Notes under the pieces: generated by a model
Told to the model about the DNA's origin: nothing
Databases searched by the model: none
The model's input: only the letters and a program-made list of their open reading frames with translations
Part shown: piece by piece, positions 17,821-26,362 of the stretch
Position numbering within the stretch: the stretch's first letter is position 1
Layout of the letters: the number at the start of each line of letters is the position of its first letter
From: a virus
DNA length: 64,000 nt
IMG/VR virus record: IMGVR_UViG_3300048080_000333
Direction: 5' to 3' (one strand)
Translations under genes and position numbers: made by a program

Positions 17821-18839
17821 TTGACGACGCGCAACCCATCCAGGTGATGGGTGCCCTCCTCTGTCAAGATCGCTTCGAGGACGTGAAGCGGCACATCTTT
17901 CGGGTTCTGCCCCATGTCGACCACTACGTCATTGTAGACAATGGGTCGGGGCCGGAAATGCAAGCGTGGCTTCGGAACTTTGCTCGGGTGAACGTTGAAG
18001 TCATCTTTCGGAAATGGAACGACTCGTTCGCCGACGCCCGCAACACCTACCTCGCGGTAGCGGAGCGTCTCGCTCAGAAAGACCCTGACCGGCCCGTGTT
18101 CATCGCTGCGGCCGACGACGACGAACTCTACTCCGACGAATTGCTTGCTGATCTACGTAAGATTGCCCGCTGGGTGTACCTGGAGGACTGCAACGTCCTC
18201 CGGCCCTTCTCGATGAACGCCGACCTCGACTGGAGGGGCGACCGCATCACGGAGTGGCGAGGCGGATACTACAAACCGCTGATGTTTATGTGGGAACCAG
18301 GGATGCGGTACGAAGACGCCCCTGGCCATTTCCACGAGGACATGAAAATCGTATCGGGATGGCGCGTCCAGAATCTCGATGACGAACAGGGCAAGTACGT
18401 GTACTGGCACGCGAAGCGGTTCGGTGAGACATGGCTTCGCGCCACGAGAAATTTCTTCGCAGGTGGCGGCGGACCCAACCTCGGCGAACGGAACCCCTTG
18501 TGGAAGCCGTTCCGCGAACTATTCACCCAGCAGGGCATCACGACCTCGGACCAAATGCAAGCGTATTTGCGGGCCGGGAGCATCGACCCTGCCATCAAAG
18601 CATGGTTCGTCAACCAACGCTACCTCGGCACACCGCACGACCCGACTCCGCCACTGTGGACCGAGTGGCCAGACGGTACCAGCGAGGTTCGAGAAGGATT
18701 CCTGGCGTACTTCGTTTTTCTGCACCCTGGGGAGATGCCGACGAATGTCTTCGAGTACGACCGAGCACACGGCATCGACCATGCCAAAGATACTCGAATC
18801 ATCCACGGCCCGGCCGCACCAGACTGGGCAACCGCGTAG
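17817..18839 (+). CDS. Glycosyltransferase, GT-A fold, GT2-like (paralogue B2)
   Basis: 'VIVDNGS', 'WNDSFADARNTYL', 'ADDDELYS'; collinear with B1 over its whole length. Confidence 0.85.
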   Translation: MIDDAQPIQVMGALLCQDRFEDVKRHIFRVLPHVDHYVIVDNGSGPEMQAWLRNFARVNVEVIFRKWNDSFADARNTYLAVAERLAQKDPDRPVFIAAADDDELYSDELLADLRKIARWVYLEDCNVLRPFSMNADLDWRGDRITEWRGGYYKPLMFMWEPGMRYEDAPGHFHEDMKIVSGWRVQNLDDEQGKYVYWHAKRFGETWLRATRNFFAGGGGPNLGERNPLWKPFRELFTQQGITTSDQMQAYLRAGSIDPAIKAWFVNQRYLGTPHDPTPPLWTEWPDGTSEVREGFLAYFVFLHPGEMPTNVFEYDRAHGIDHAKDTRIIHGPAAPDWATA

Positions 18840-19071
18840 TAAGACCACCGACTTCCACGACGATTCGTTTAAGGGATGGAGTCCCAGGCGACTCTGGTCA
18901 TCTGGTGGACATGAGGGCGCACGTCGTATCGTCCGGATGTTCGCTTGTGAGTCCGACATCGCTAAAGCCGTCGGCGCCTCGGAATCCACGGTGAATCGGC
19001 GTTTGAGACGTCTCGGGATTGCTCGGTGGCCTCGTCGTAAAGTCCCTGTACGTCCGAAGAGGGTGTCCTAA
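18781..19071 (+). CDS. Putative helix-turn-helix DNA-binding protein (start uncertain)
   Basis: 'ESDIAKAVGASESTVNRRLRRLGI' is HTH-like; TAATG overlap with the next gene. Confidence 0.5.
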   Translation: MPKILESSTARPHQTGQPRSKTTDFHDDSFKGWSPRRLWSSGGHEGARRIVRMFACESDIAKAVGASESTVNRRLRRLGIARWPRRKVPVRPKRVS

Positions 19072-19355
19072 TGCTGTGGGATGGTCGGGGTGACAAGCAC
19101 TACTCATCTCCGGAGGAGGCCATCCTGTTCCTTCGGGCTGCGACACGCAAAACGATTCGGTGGCTGCACGAGTGTCGCGAAAATAGGACCGTGTTGTTTT
19201 TCCAGCAGTACCGCTCACTCCTCAACGACATCGCCAACGTCACCATTCGGTGGATCGAGGAACGCGAGGACTACGTTTCAACGCTTGAGAAGCGCGTCGG
19301 CGACTTAGAGGCGCAGGCCGCGCAAGGCCGCCCGCACACCGCGGACGTACCCTAA
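19071..19355 (+). CDS. Hypothetical coiled-coil protein
   Basis: 94 aa, coupled to the upstream ORF. Confidence 0.6.
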   Translation: MLWDGRGDKHYSSPEEAILFLRAATRKTIRWLHECRENRTVLFFQQYRSLLNDIANVTIRWIEEREDYVSTLEKRVGDLEAQAAQGRPHTADVP

Positions 19356-19369
19356 AGGAGAATCTGACC

Positions 19370-19846
19370 ATGCCGCTCGACACCACTGTCAAACTGGGTA
19401 TGGAGGCACGGCTGTTCTTGTCGTCGTCCGCCCAATCGCTGCTGTCCATTGACCTCGCCGATATCGCGACTGAGAACATCGGCGGGACCATCACATGGGA
19501 CGAGATCGGCTTCCTGCGCTACCCCATCAGTCGAGCCGAACCCACCGAAATCACCGACATTCGGAAGCGGTTCGTCATCGACCACACGAAGAAGGGAGCG
19601 CAACAGCGGAAGACGGGTTCGTTCGCGGCTGCGTGGCAGAACGCTGCGTTGACGATGCGGCGGTACAACAGCACGCAAAACCTCATCAAGATCGAATGGC
19701 ACGTTGAGGGTGTTGACGCCGTGGACGAGTACGAGTACCTGAAGAGCGTCCGCTTCACCAACCTGACCCGGGAAGCCCCGGAGGCCGAGGTTGTGGAGCG
19801 GGTCGAGTTCGTCTTCTCGACATGGGGGCGTCGTCCGGCGTCATAG
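19370..19846 (+). CDS. Probable tail tube (major tail) protein
   Basis: Strong RBS AAGGAG; 158 aa beta-rich; ends 'VERVEFVFS'; lies upstream of the chaperone. Confidence 0.55.
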   Translation: MPLDTTVKLGMEARLFLSSSAQSLLSIDLADIATENIGGTITWDEIGFLRYPISRAEPTEITDIRKRFVIDHTKKGAQQRKTGSFAAAWQNAALTMRRYNSTQNLIKIEWHVEGVDAVDEYEYLKSVRFTNLTREAPEAEVVERVEFVFSTWGRRPAS

Positions 19847-19893
19847 CGCCGTAAGCGTTCCCTAGCACGGGTTGTACGGCGGAGGTATAGACG

Positions 19894-20262
19894 ATGCCGA
19901 ATCAGGCGTTCGTGTTCGCGGAGGCAGAGGTTTGGGCCAAGCCGGCCGGTCTCGCCTCGCAGTCTGTCGGCTTCGTCAGTGGCTACTCACTTGACCGTAC
20001 GCCGATCACGGTAGAGGATGGCAGTGCATCCTTCTACCGTGATCGGTTTGTTTTGGAGACGCCCTGGGTCGATGCGGACCCGACCGTCCTGTTCTACGCT
20101 CAGGGTCCATTTGATTTCATCTTCGTCCGCTGGACGAACGAGGACCAGCGGTTGGAATCCGCCGCCGTGACAAAAGCCGTGTATCGCGGAGCCTCGCGGC
20201 GCCCGGGACCAGGCGGAGTAGAGGTGTTTTCATTCACGTTCGAGGCAAACAGTCTAGCATAG
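19894..20262 (+). CDS. Second tail-tube-like protein
   Basis: RBS GGAGG; 122 aa; C-terminal 'EVFSFTFEA' resembles tube-fold termini. Confidence 0.45.
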   Translation: MPNQAFVFAEAEVWAKPAGLASQSVGFVSGYSLDRTPITVEDGSASFYRDRFVLETPWVDADPTVLFYAQGPFDFIFVRWTNEDQRLESAAVTKAVYRGASRRPGPGGVEVFSFTFEANSLA

Positions 20263-20284
20263 TTCGTATCCCTGACAGGGTGAG

Positions 20285-20887
20285 GTGGATAGCATGGGAC
20301 CGGATAGTGAAGTAGAAACCGTAAGTTCGGTTCAGGAAGAGTCAGATAGTGGAGCCAAGCCGGAGAGGCGGGTCGTCAAGGGTTTTACAGACATCCCGGC
20401 GCCGGCGTCGCGAACATTCGAGTTCACGCAGAACGGCCAAGAGTTCGCCGTCGAGTTTTTCCCACTGACCGGCGAGGAAGTCGAGGCTGTTCGGAACAGT
20501 CTGCCCGAACCCGAGGCGCCCGACAAGCCCATCAGGACCAGTGCCCAAGATATTGCATACCTGAAGGCCAAGGGGTTCCCGACAACGTTTCGAGACGTCC
20601 ATGACCCCGAGTACCAGGCTGCTCGGAAGCGGCGTGAACAAGACCTGACCCTGGAGACAGTCCGGGCCGCGATGCGATGGGGGGCCGCACCGTGGCAGTT
20701 CACCATCGGCCCCGGGGTTGATGGGGTTCCGGAGGAATTGCGGCGTATCCGTGACGAGTTCCGGACGGAGATCCGCAAGCGCCTGACGGCCGGAAACCTG
20801 GACAAACTGGTCAACGCCGTCGTCCAAGCGACGTTCTCGATCCGCGGGGATCTGATCGAAGATTTTTTCGGACCCTCAGTCCAGTAG
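20285..20887 (+). CDS. Tail assembly chaperone (gpG-like)
   Basis: Acidic 200 aa ORF with a slippery heptamer 18 nt before its stop; tail context. Confidence 0.7.
   Translation: MDSMGPDSEVETVSSVQEESDSGAKPERRVVKGFTDIPAPASRTFEFTQNGQEFAVEFFPLTGEEVEAVRNSLPEPEAPDKPIRTSAQDIAYLKAKGFPTTFRDVHDPEYQAARKRREQDLTLETVRAAMRWGAAPWQFTIGPGVDGVPEELRRIRDEFRTEIRKRLTAGNLDKLVNAVVQATFSIRGDLIEDFFGPSVQ
20863..20869 (+). other. -1 ribosomal frameshift site T TTT TTC
   Basis: GAT TTT TTC is in frame with the chaperone; the -1 frame is open from 20869 to the stop at 21141. Confidence 0.8.
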
Positions 20888-21141
20888 ACCATCGCGGCCG
20901 CCGGCTCGCCGACATCCAGCAGGATGCCGAGGCGGGCTGGCGCGTACCTATGCGGTGGCACCTCCTCGCCTCCGCGAAGGCTCGGGGTAAGACGCTGGAT
21001 GAATATATGCTCGACGCCTCTGGCCACGCGACGTGGACACGGTGGAAACAAATCCACGAAGAGATCGCGTTCGACATCCTTGAGGCGAAACTGTCCGGCA
21101 TCGGAGCCGAGTCGTCGCCCGAGGACCAACCGAAGACATGA
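20869..21141 (+). CDS. Frameshift extension of the tail assembly chaperone (gpT-like part)
   Basis: The -1 frame reads RTLSPVDHRGRRLADIQQDAEAGWRVPMRWHLL...QPKT and includes ORF-track 20950..21141. Confidence 0.7.
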   Translation, partial: RTLSPVDHRGRRLADIQQDAEAGWRVPMRWHLLASAKARGKTLDEYMLDASGHATWTRWKQIHEEIAFDILEAKLSGIGAESSPEDQPKT

Positions 21142-21154
21142 TGGAGTGTTGTCA

Positions 21155-21631
21155 ATGATTCAGTTCCGTATCCATGGTGCCCAGCAGGTCGCCCAAGGCA
21201 TCGCGCAGTCCGCGACGGCCATCGCGGCTGACTTCCGTACGCATCTTCGCACGAAGGCGCCGCAGTGGGCGATCCTTCTCCGTGCCACGATTCAGCACGT
21301 CGTCTATGACCCCGTCGTGGGCCGCGTGAAGCACTATCGGCACACCATGAATCTGCTCAAGGGTGTCGGGCACCGCGTCGACGAGCCGAGTCCTGAAATA
21401 ACGGTCGCGGTGATGGGCGACATCGTGTCGGTGCCTCTTCGAGGGGGTAACGTCAGCGCAGGCGGTTCACCTCGGGGAGAGGCGCCGTTCGAGATCGAAG
21501 AGGGCCGCATGCCCGCTGGCTGGCAGGGACCTGTCACTGGACCTCGACCTGCGTATCAGATGACGACCGACGCGATCCGCCCCGATGTCTACGCGGCCGC
21601 CGACGCCATTGTAACCAAACACATCCCCTAG
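21155..21631 (+). CDS. Neck/tail-completion protein (HK97 gp10-like)
   Basis: 'IQFRIHGAQQV' N-terminus; 'HTMNLLKG'; C-terminal 'PRPAYQMT'; position in the tail module. Confidence 0.55.
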   Translation: MIQFRIHGAQQVAQGIAQSATAIAADFRTHLRTKAPQWAILLRATIQHVVYDPVVGRVKHYRHTMNLLKGVGHRVDEPSPEITVAVMGDIVSVPLRGGNVSAGGSPRGEAPFEIEEGRMPAGWQGPVTGPRPAYQMTTDAIRPDVYAAADAIVTKHIP

Positions 21632-21641
21632 AGGGCAGTCT

Positions 21642-22073
21642 GTGCCGATCACGACGACGTTCGATAAGAAGAACCCGGACACCACGGCTGAGGCCATCCT
21701 CGGCGAGTGGCTGGCGGACTTCTATGCCTCGTCGTCGTACATTGTGACGTTCGAGGGTCCGCGGCTCGGAACCAAGCCGGTGGTATGGCTCCACAAGATG
21801 CCGTCGGAGAACCGCGAGGTGCGGACGCGAAAAGGCGGTCAGACCATACAGGGCAAACGGATGGTCTATGCCGTTTCGATGATTGCCCACGACCGCGCCG
21901 AAAATCTTCGGATGACGGATCGGCTGCAAGGCGCGGTGCTGGCCAGTGCCTCAAATTTCATATCGGCCGGACTTCGCTATATTGAAGTAACACCATTCCA
22001 GGAGATCGTCGTCGACAGTCAGGAACAGGTCTTTCGACGGGACGGCATCTTCCACTTCGTAGTTGAGGTTTAG
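21642..22073 (+). CDS. Tail terminator-like protein
   Basis: 143 aa alpha/beta protein ending 'FRRDGIFHFVVEV'; immediately before the tape measure gene. Confidence 0.5.
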   Translation: MPITTTFDKKNPDTTAEAILGEWLADFYASSSYIVTFEGPRLGTKPVVWLHKMPSENREVRTRKGGQTIQGKRMVYAVSMIAHDRAENLRMTDRLQGAVLASASNFISAGLRYIEVTPFQEIVVDSQEQVFRRDGIFHFVVEV

Positions 22074-22076
22074 ACT

Positions 22077-25000
22077 GTGGCTATGGGTCCGCCCACCGGC
22101 GGTCAGCGACAGATTACCGTCCAGGTCGTCTATGCGGTCAACCAGGCGTCGATGCAGCAGGCCGCCGCGGCCGTACAGAATTTTGGCGTCCAACCACTGC
22201 GCCAAGTCAATCAGGCTGCCCAGCAGACGGGCGCGACACTCAGCCTCCTCGGCCAGAAGATCAATGTTGCTCAGATTATCGCGTGGGGCCTCGCATGGTC
22301 GGTGGCCTACCAGGCCCTGAACCTCGTCACCGGCCTCATCTCGGCCTTGACCATTGGTGCGGTACAGCGGTTGGCCGAGTGGCAGCAACGCCAGATCATG
22401 TTGGCGGCCGAGTTCATCAACCTGGACCCCTCGATTCCGTTCAACAAGGCGTTCGACGCCGCAGACAAATTCCTCAACCTCTTGCTCGACATGCAGCCCG
22501 CATTCATTGGGACCCGGGGTGCTTTGCAGGAAATCTTCGTCGCCACGGTTAGGTACTTCGGTGCAGTGGATCTTTCGACCGCGAAAGCCAAGAACGACTT
22601 CTTGGCGTTTGCCAACGGTATCGCGCTGGCGCAGATCGGTATTAACCGGGCCGGATCGTCGTTCCGTGAAGTCGCGGCTCTGATCGAGGGCGTCGTGCGC
22701 CCCGGCGCGCAGTTCTTGACCATGCTCGCCAAGATCGACCCCAAGATCAAGGAACACATCGACCTTTGGCGCCGGCAAGGCACGGTCATCGAGAACATCG
22801 CCAAACTGCTGCCCGGCTACGCGGTGGCCTCTGAGAGAATCGTCGATACATTTCAGAGTCAGTTGGGTCGTATCGAGGCCAACGTGGACCGCATCATCCG
22901 GCGGGTGGCTCCGGGCGGTCTCATCATGGCGATTCTCAAGGGCGTTGGGGCTGTGACGGCTGATCCCGCCATCGCCGTTCCTGCCTTCGAGGCCCTGCTC
23001 GTTACTGCCTTTACGATTGCGGCCAGCAAAACGGCTCGGACCATCGCTTTGCGGGTTGTAACGGCGGTGGCAGCCGCGTTGGGCGGTGGTATTCCCATTC
23101 TGGTATACGCTCTGGCAGCCGTACTAGGACAAGCAGTCGCTGATCCCATCGTGGCGGCCCTCTTCGAAAAGGTTCTTCGCCAGCCAGGCATCGAGAAGGA
23201 CATCCAGAACAGACTGGTTACCACACGCTTGGTGGATGTGCGCGCAATCGAGGCGCAGATGGCGGAAGACCCCGAAGAGCGATTGAAAGATATCTCGCAA
23301 GCGTGGAACGTTGGCCGAGCGAGTGTTACGGACTATCTTGCGGCCCTCCAGGCTGTTGCGGACATGCATTTGCGGAACGCACGTCTCGCCACAGGTACGG
23401 AACAGGAGCAGCAGTATAAGAAGTGGAAGGCTGCTCTTCGGGACATACAGCAAGTGCAGGTGGAGTTGGTAATTTTTGGGGAGCGTGCATTCCTTCGGCC
23501 TCTCCAGACGCGGGAACAGATTCTACGGTTCGAAATGAGCATCACGGAGTCGCTTCAGCGGCGTCGTGAAATCCTGGGCCAACTCCTGATAGTGCAGGAG
23601 AAGCGTATCGAACTCCTCCAGGAAGAGGCCGAGGCCGCCGCCAAAGCAGGCCGCCCACCCCAAGTTGTCGAGGAACGCCAAAAAGCAGTTCTGGACGCCC
23701 AAGAGGCCGCAGCCAAGACGAGGCATGAGGTCGAAATAACTGGGCGATCAATTCGGCAAATTATTGCGCGAAACGAGGCCGAGATTCTCCGAATCGGCCA
23801 GCGCGCCTTCACGGCCCGGATGCTGGATTTGGAGTCTCAGCGAGTCGAGGAACTCCGTCTGGTAGAGGGTAACTATGAGGCCAGACGCGCTATCGAGAAA
23901 AAGTTCATCCTCCAGCGCCTCCAGATTTTGGAGGACGCCCGGAAGGCACAGGCTGAGGCCGAAGCGGAGTTCGCCAGTACACGCATTCGGAACATTCAGC
24001 AGCAGGGCGACCTGCAGCAGCGACTTCTCCAGTCCCGGACAGCCATGATTGGCTTCGGGATGCCGCTGGCCCCCGAGTCGACCACTCAGGTCCGAGAGCG
24101 GTTCGAGCAGTTGCGCTCTGTTCAGAGGGCGAGTCAGCAAGCGGCACTCGCAGACGCGGAGACATCGTTGCGTCTTGCGAAGTCAATGGAGCAAAGGGCC
24201 GAGCAAACGGCTCGGCTCTACAACTTGATCCTCAACCAGACCGAGGCCCAGGCTGGACTCAATAGGGAAGAGCGTGAGGCCCTGAGAACGGCGAAGGAGC
24301 GGGATCTCAGCAACGAAATCAGGTTGTTGGAGCGCCGGCTCACGCTTATCCAACAACTTGGTGGAACAGATTTTGCGGCAACGCAGCGTCGGCTTGACCA
24401 GGCCAAGGCCGAGGAGGCTCTCCGGAAACTGACGGCTCCCGAATTGCGACAAGAACTGGAGTTTGGTCGGAAGGCCGGATTTGCGGCGCCGCCGGCCGGT
24501 CTCGACCCTGCCGTCTGGGATCGCATCGTCGATAAGAGCGGGCTCATCCGGAAGATTTTGGGTGAAATCTCCGATGAGGGGAAGACGCAAGTTGTCACCC
24601 TCGGCGCACAGGACACACGGTTGGACGCGCTGTTGAAGAGCATGCAGAAGATTAATGCGGAAATGCTGGTTGGTCCTGGCGCTGCTGTTAAGAACGCCGT
24701 CGTTGAGTATAAGTATCTGTTCGATGCTGTTCAGGCGATGTTGGACAAGCAGGCCGAAGTGTGGCGGATAGCGGGTGACGCCGCGGGCAAGGCGTATGCT
24801 GATGCGGCGAAGGTCCACCTGAAAAATATCTTCCCGAAGCCCTCAAGTAGTACCGACGCGGGTGACATTTTAGCGGGTGGCGGTGGAACCCCTATGCCTA
24901 GCCTCGCTCAAACGATCAGTGAAGGACCCATGTCGATAGTTGCTTCCATGCTCGGAAACACGGGACCAACGTACAACATCCAGATTGACGGAATGGAAGT

Positions 25001-25118
25001 GTCCCGGCGCCTCGACGCGGAGACCATGGAGAAGTTTCTCGCCGCCGTCTTTGGATCCCAGGGTGATCGTACTGTTCAGCGTGCTGAACGATTTAACGTT
25101 GCGAGTCCGGTCGTCTAA
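22077..25118 (+). CDS. Tape measure protein
   Basis: 1013 aa, Ala/Gln/Glu/Arg-rich, helical, with a central hydrophobic segment and a C-terminal 'TYNIQIDG'; longest tail ORF. Confidence 0.88.
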   Translation: MAMGPPTGGQRQITVQVVYAVNQASMQQAAAAVQNFGVQPLRQVNQAAQQTGATLSLLGQKINVAQIIAWGLAWSVAYQALNLVTGLISALTIGAVQRLAEWQQRQIMLAAEFINLDPSIPFNKAFDAADKFLNLLLDMQPAFIGTRGALQEIFVATVRYFGAVDLSTAKAKNDFLAFANGIALAQIGINRAGSSFREVAALIEGVVRPGAQFLTMLAKIDPKIKEHIDLWRRQGTVIENIAKLLPGYAVASERIVDTFQSQLGRIEANVDRIIRRVAPGGLIMAILKGVGAVTADPAIAVPAFEALLVTAFTIAASKTARTIALRVVTAVAAALGGGIPILVYALAAVLGQAVADPIVAALFEKVLRQPGIEKDIQNRLVTTRLVDVRAIEAQMAEDPEERLKDISQAWNVGRASVTDYLAALQAVADMHLRNARLATGTEQEQQYKKWKAALRDIQQVQVELVIFGERAFLRPLQTREQILRFEMSITESLQRRREILGQLLIVQEKRIELLQEEAEAAAKAGRPPQVVEERQKAVLDAQEAAAKTRHEVEITGRSIRQIIARNEAEILRIGQRAFTARMLDLESQRVEELRLVEGNYEARRAIEKKFILQRLQILEDARKAQAEAEAEFASTRIRNIQQQGDLQQRLLQSRTAMIGFGMPLAPESTTQVRERFEQLRSVQRASQQAALADAETSLRLAKSMEQRAEQTARLYNLILNQTEAQAGLNREEREALRTAKERDLSNEIRLLERRLTLIQQLGGTDFAATQRRLDQAKAEEALRKLTAPELRQELEFGRKAGFAAPPAGLDPAVWDRIVDKSGLIRKILGEISDEGKTQVVTLGAQDTRLDALLKSMQKINAEMLVGPGAAVKNAVVEYKYLFDAVQAMLDKQAEVWRIAGDAAGKAYADAAKVHLKNIFPKPSSSTDAGDILAGGGGTPMPSLAQTISEGPMSIVASMLGNTGPTYNIQIDGMEVSRRLDAETMEKFLAAVFGSQGDRTVQRAERFNVASPVV

Positions 25119-25501
25119 TGGCTCTTTACCGACTCCGATCAGGGTCTAGCGTCCTCGTAGCCGTCACGGCGTCATCCAACCTTGACGGGGCCGGGAAGAA
25201 ATCGACACGGCGGGGCTCGGTTCTGCCGACTCTCGCCGACGTTGGGATTCAGTACATGGAGACAGCGGTCATCGGAGACGCGCAGGTCGAATGGCGCATT
25301 CCGAGGGCCGATGGCAGCCAACGCGGCATTTTGCAGAGCGCGTCCAACGGGACGTTCGGGGACAGACTGATTCTCGCGCACCCGACCTACGGCGACATCC
25401 AGGTTGCAGTGATTCCTGGAGCCGAAGGGTATGTGGAAACACCGCACGAGCCCGTAGAATTTGGGATGGAAGTCACCATGCGCTTCCTTCGGTTGGAGTA
25501 A
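25118..25501 (+). CDS. Distal tail (Dit)-like protein
   Basis: TAATG overlap with the tape measure gene; 127 aa beta-rich. Confidence 0.45.
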   Translation: MALYRLRSGSSVLVAVTASSNLDGAGKKSTRRGSVLPTLADVGIQYMETAVIGDAQVEWRIPRADGSQRGILQSASNGTFGDRLILAHPTYGDIQVAVIPGAEGYVETPHEPVEFGMEVTMRFLRLE

Positions 25502-25505
25502 AACG

Positions 25506-26084
25506 ATGACACAATTGAGACTTCGAGACGGGCACCTGACGGTCGCCAAGTTCGTCCATTCGCGTGTCGAAACGTGTCCCGCCTGTTTGGGAGGTGGGTG
25601 TGTCGTTTGCGCGGGCGAAGGATTCATCCGTGTCGAGCGGTTGTGGGAAAGTGCGCCAACGCCCAACGCTTTAATGAACGAGGGCGAACTCAACATCCTC
25701 CACTCCTACTTGTCGAACCAGAACCATCCAACCCAGTTTGTTGTCCGCCTCTTCGGCTCGACGCCAGTCGAGACGGATTCGTTGGCGTCTCTGACGAACG
25801 AGCCCGGCGGGAACACTGGCTACATCGCCCCTATCATTAACCGTGATGCGACGGCGGCTGGGTGGCCGACTTTCGACTTCTCGGGTGGTAACGCGCGGGC
25901 GCGAACCCGGACCGTCACGTTCCGCTGCACCGGCCCGAACGCCTACCCGCAGGCGACACATGCCGTGTTGGCCACGTCGTCGGACAATACAGGTAAACTG
26001 ATCGACGCTACGGCCCTCGCGACACCTCGTCAACTCGTGTCGGGCGAGGTTCTTGACGTCATCTACATGCCAAGCCTGTCGTAG
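25506..26084 (+). CDS. Tail-associated protein with a CxxC-x5-CxxCxGxG insert
   Basis: 'NALMNEGELNIL', 'EP...GY', 'ATPRQLVSGEVLDVIY' pattern of minor tail proteins. Confidence 0.6.
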   Translation: MTQLRLRDGHLTVAKFVHSRVETCPACLGGGCVVCAGEGFIRVERLWESAPTPNALMNEGELNILHSYLSNQNHPTQFVVRLFGSTPVETDSLASLTNEPGGNTGYIAPIINRDATAAGWPTFDFSGGNARARTRTVTFRCTGPNAYPQATHAVLATSSDNTGKLIDATALATPRQLVSGEVLDVIYMPSLS

Positions 26085-26088
26085 GGCG

Positions 26089-26352
26089 ATGCCTGACTAC
26101 GGTTTGTTCGCTCCGATGATCGGTGGCCCTGCTCTTGGGAACGGGCTCGCTATAGATTCCCGAGTCATACGGTACTCGGAAACACTGGCGCCTGAGTGGA
26201 ACGGATCCGCCACGCTGACCGAGAATCCCGAGATTCTTGCGCCCCAGTGGGCGTGGTCTTCGGCGATTCGGGAAGCCTCGGGGTATCCGAAGACCGGCAA
26301 GATTCACACGGTCCGCTCGACTGTGAAACTCGTAGTGAGTTCGAACGACTAG
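26089..26352 (+). CDS. Hypothetical tail-region protein
   Basis: 87 aa between tail genes. Confidence 0.55.
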   Translation: MPDYGLFAPMIGGPALGNGLAIDSRVIRYSETLAPEWNGSATLTENPEILAPQWAWSSAIREASGYPKTGKIHTVRSTVKLVVSSND

Positions 26353-26362
26353 GAGTCCGAGG

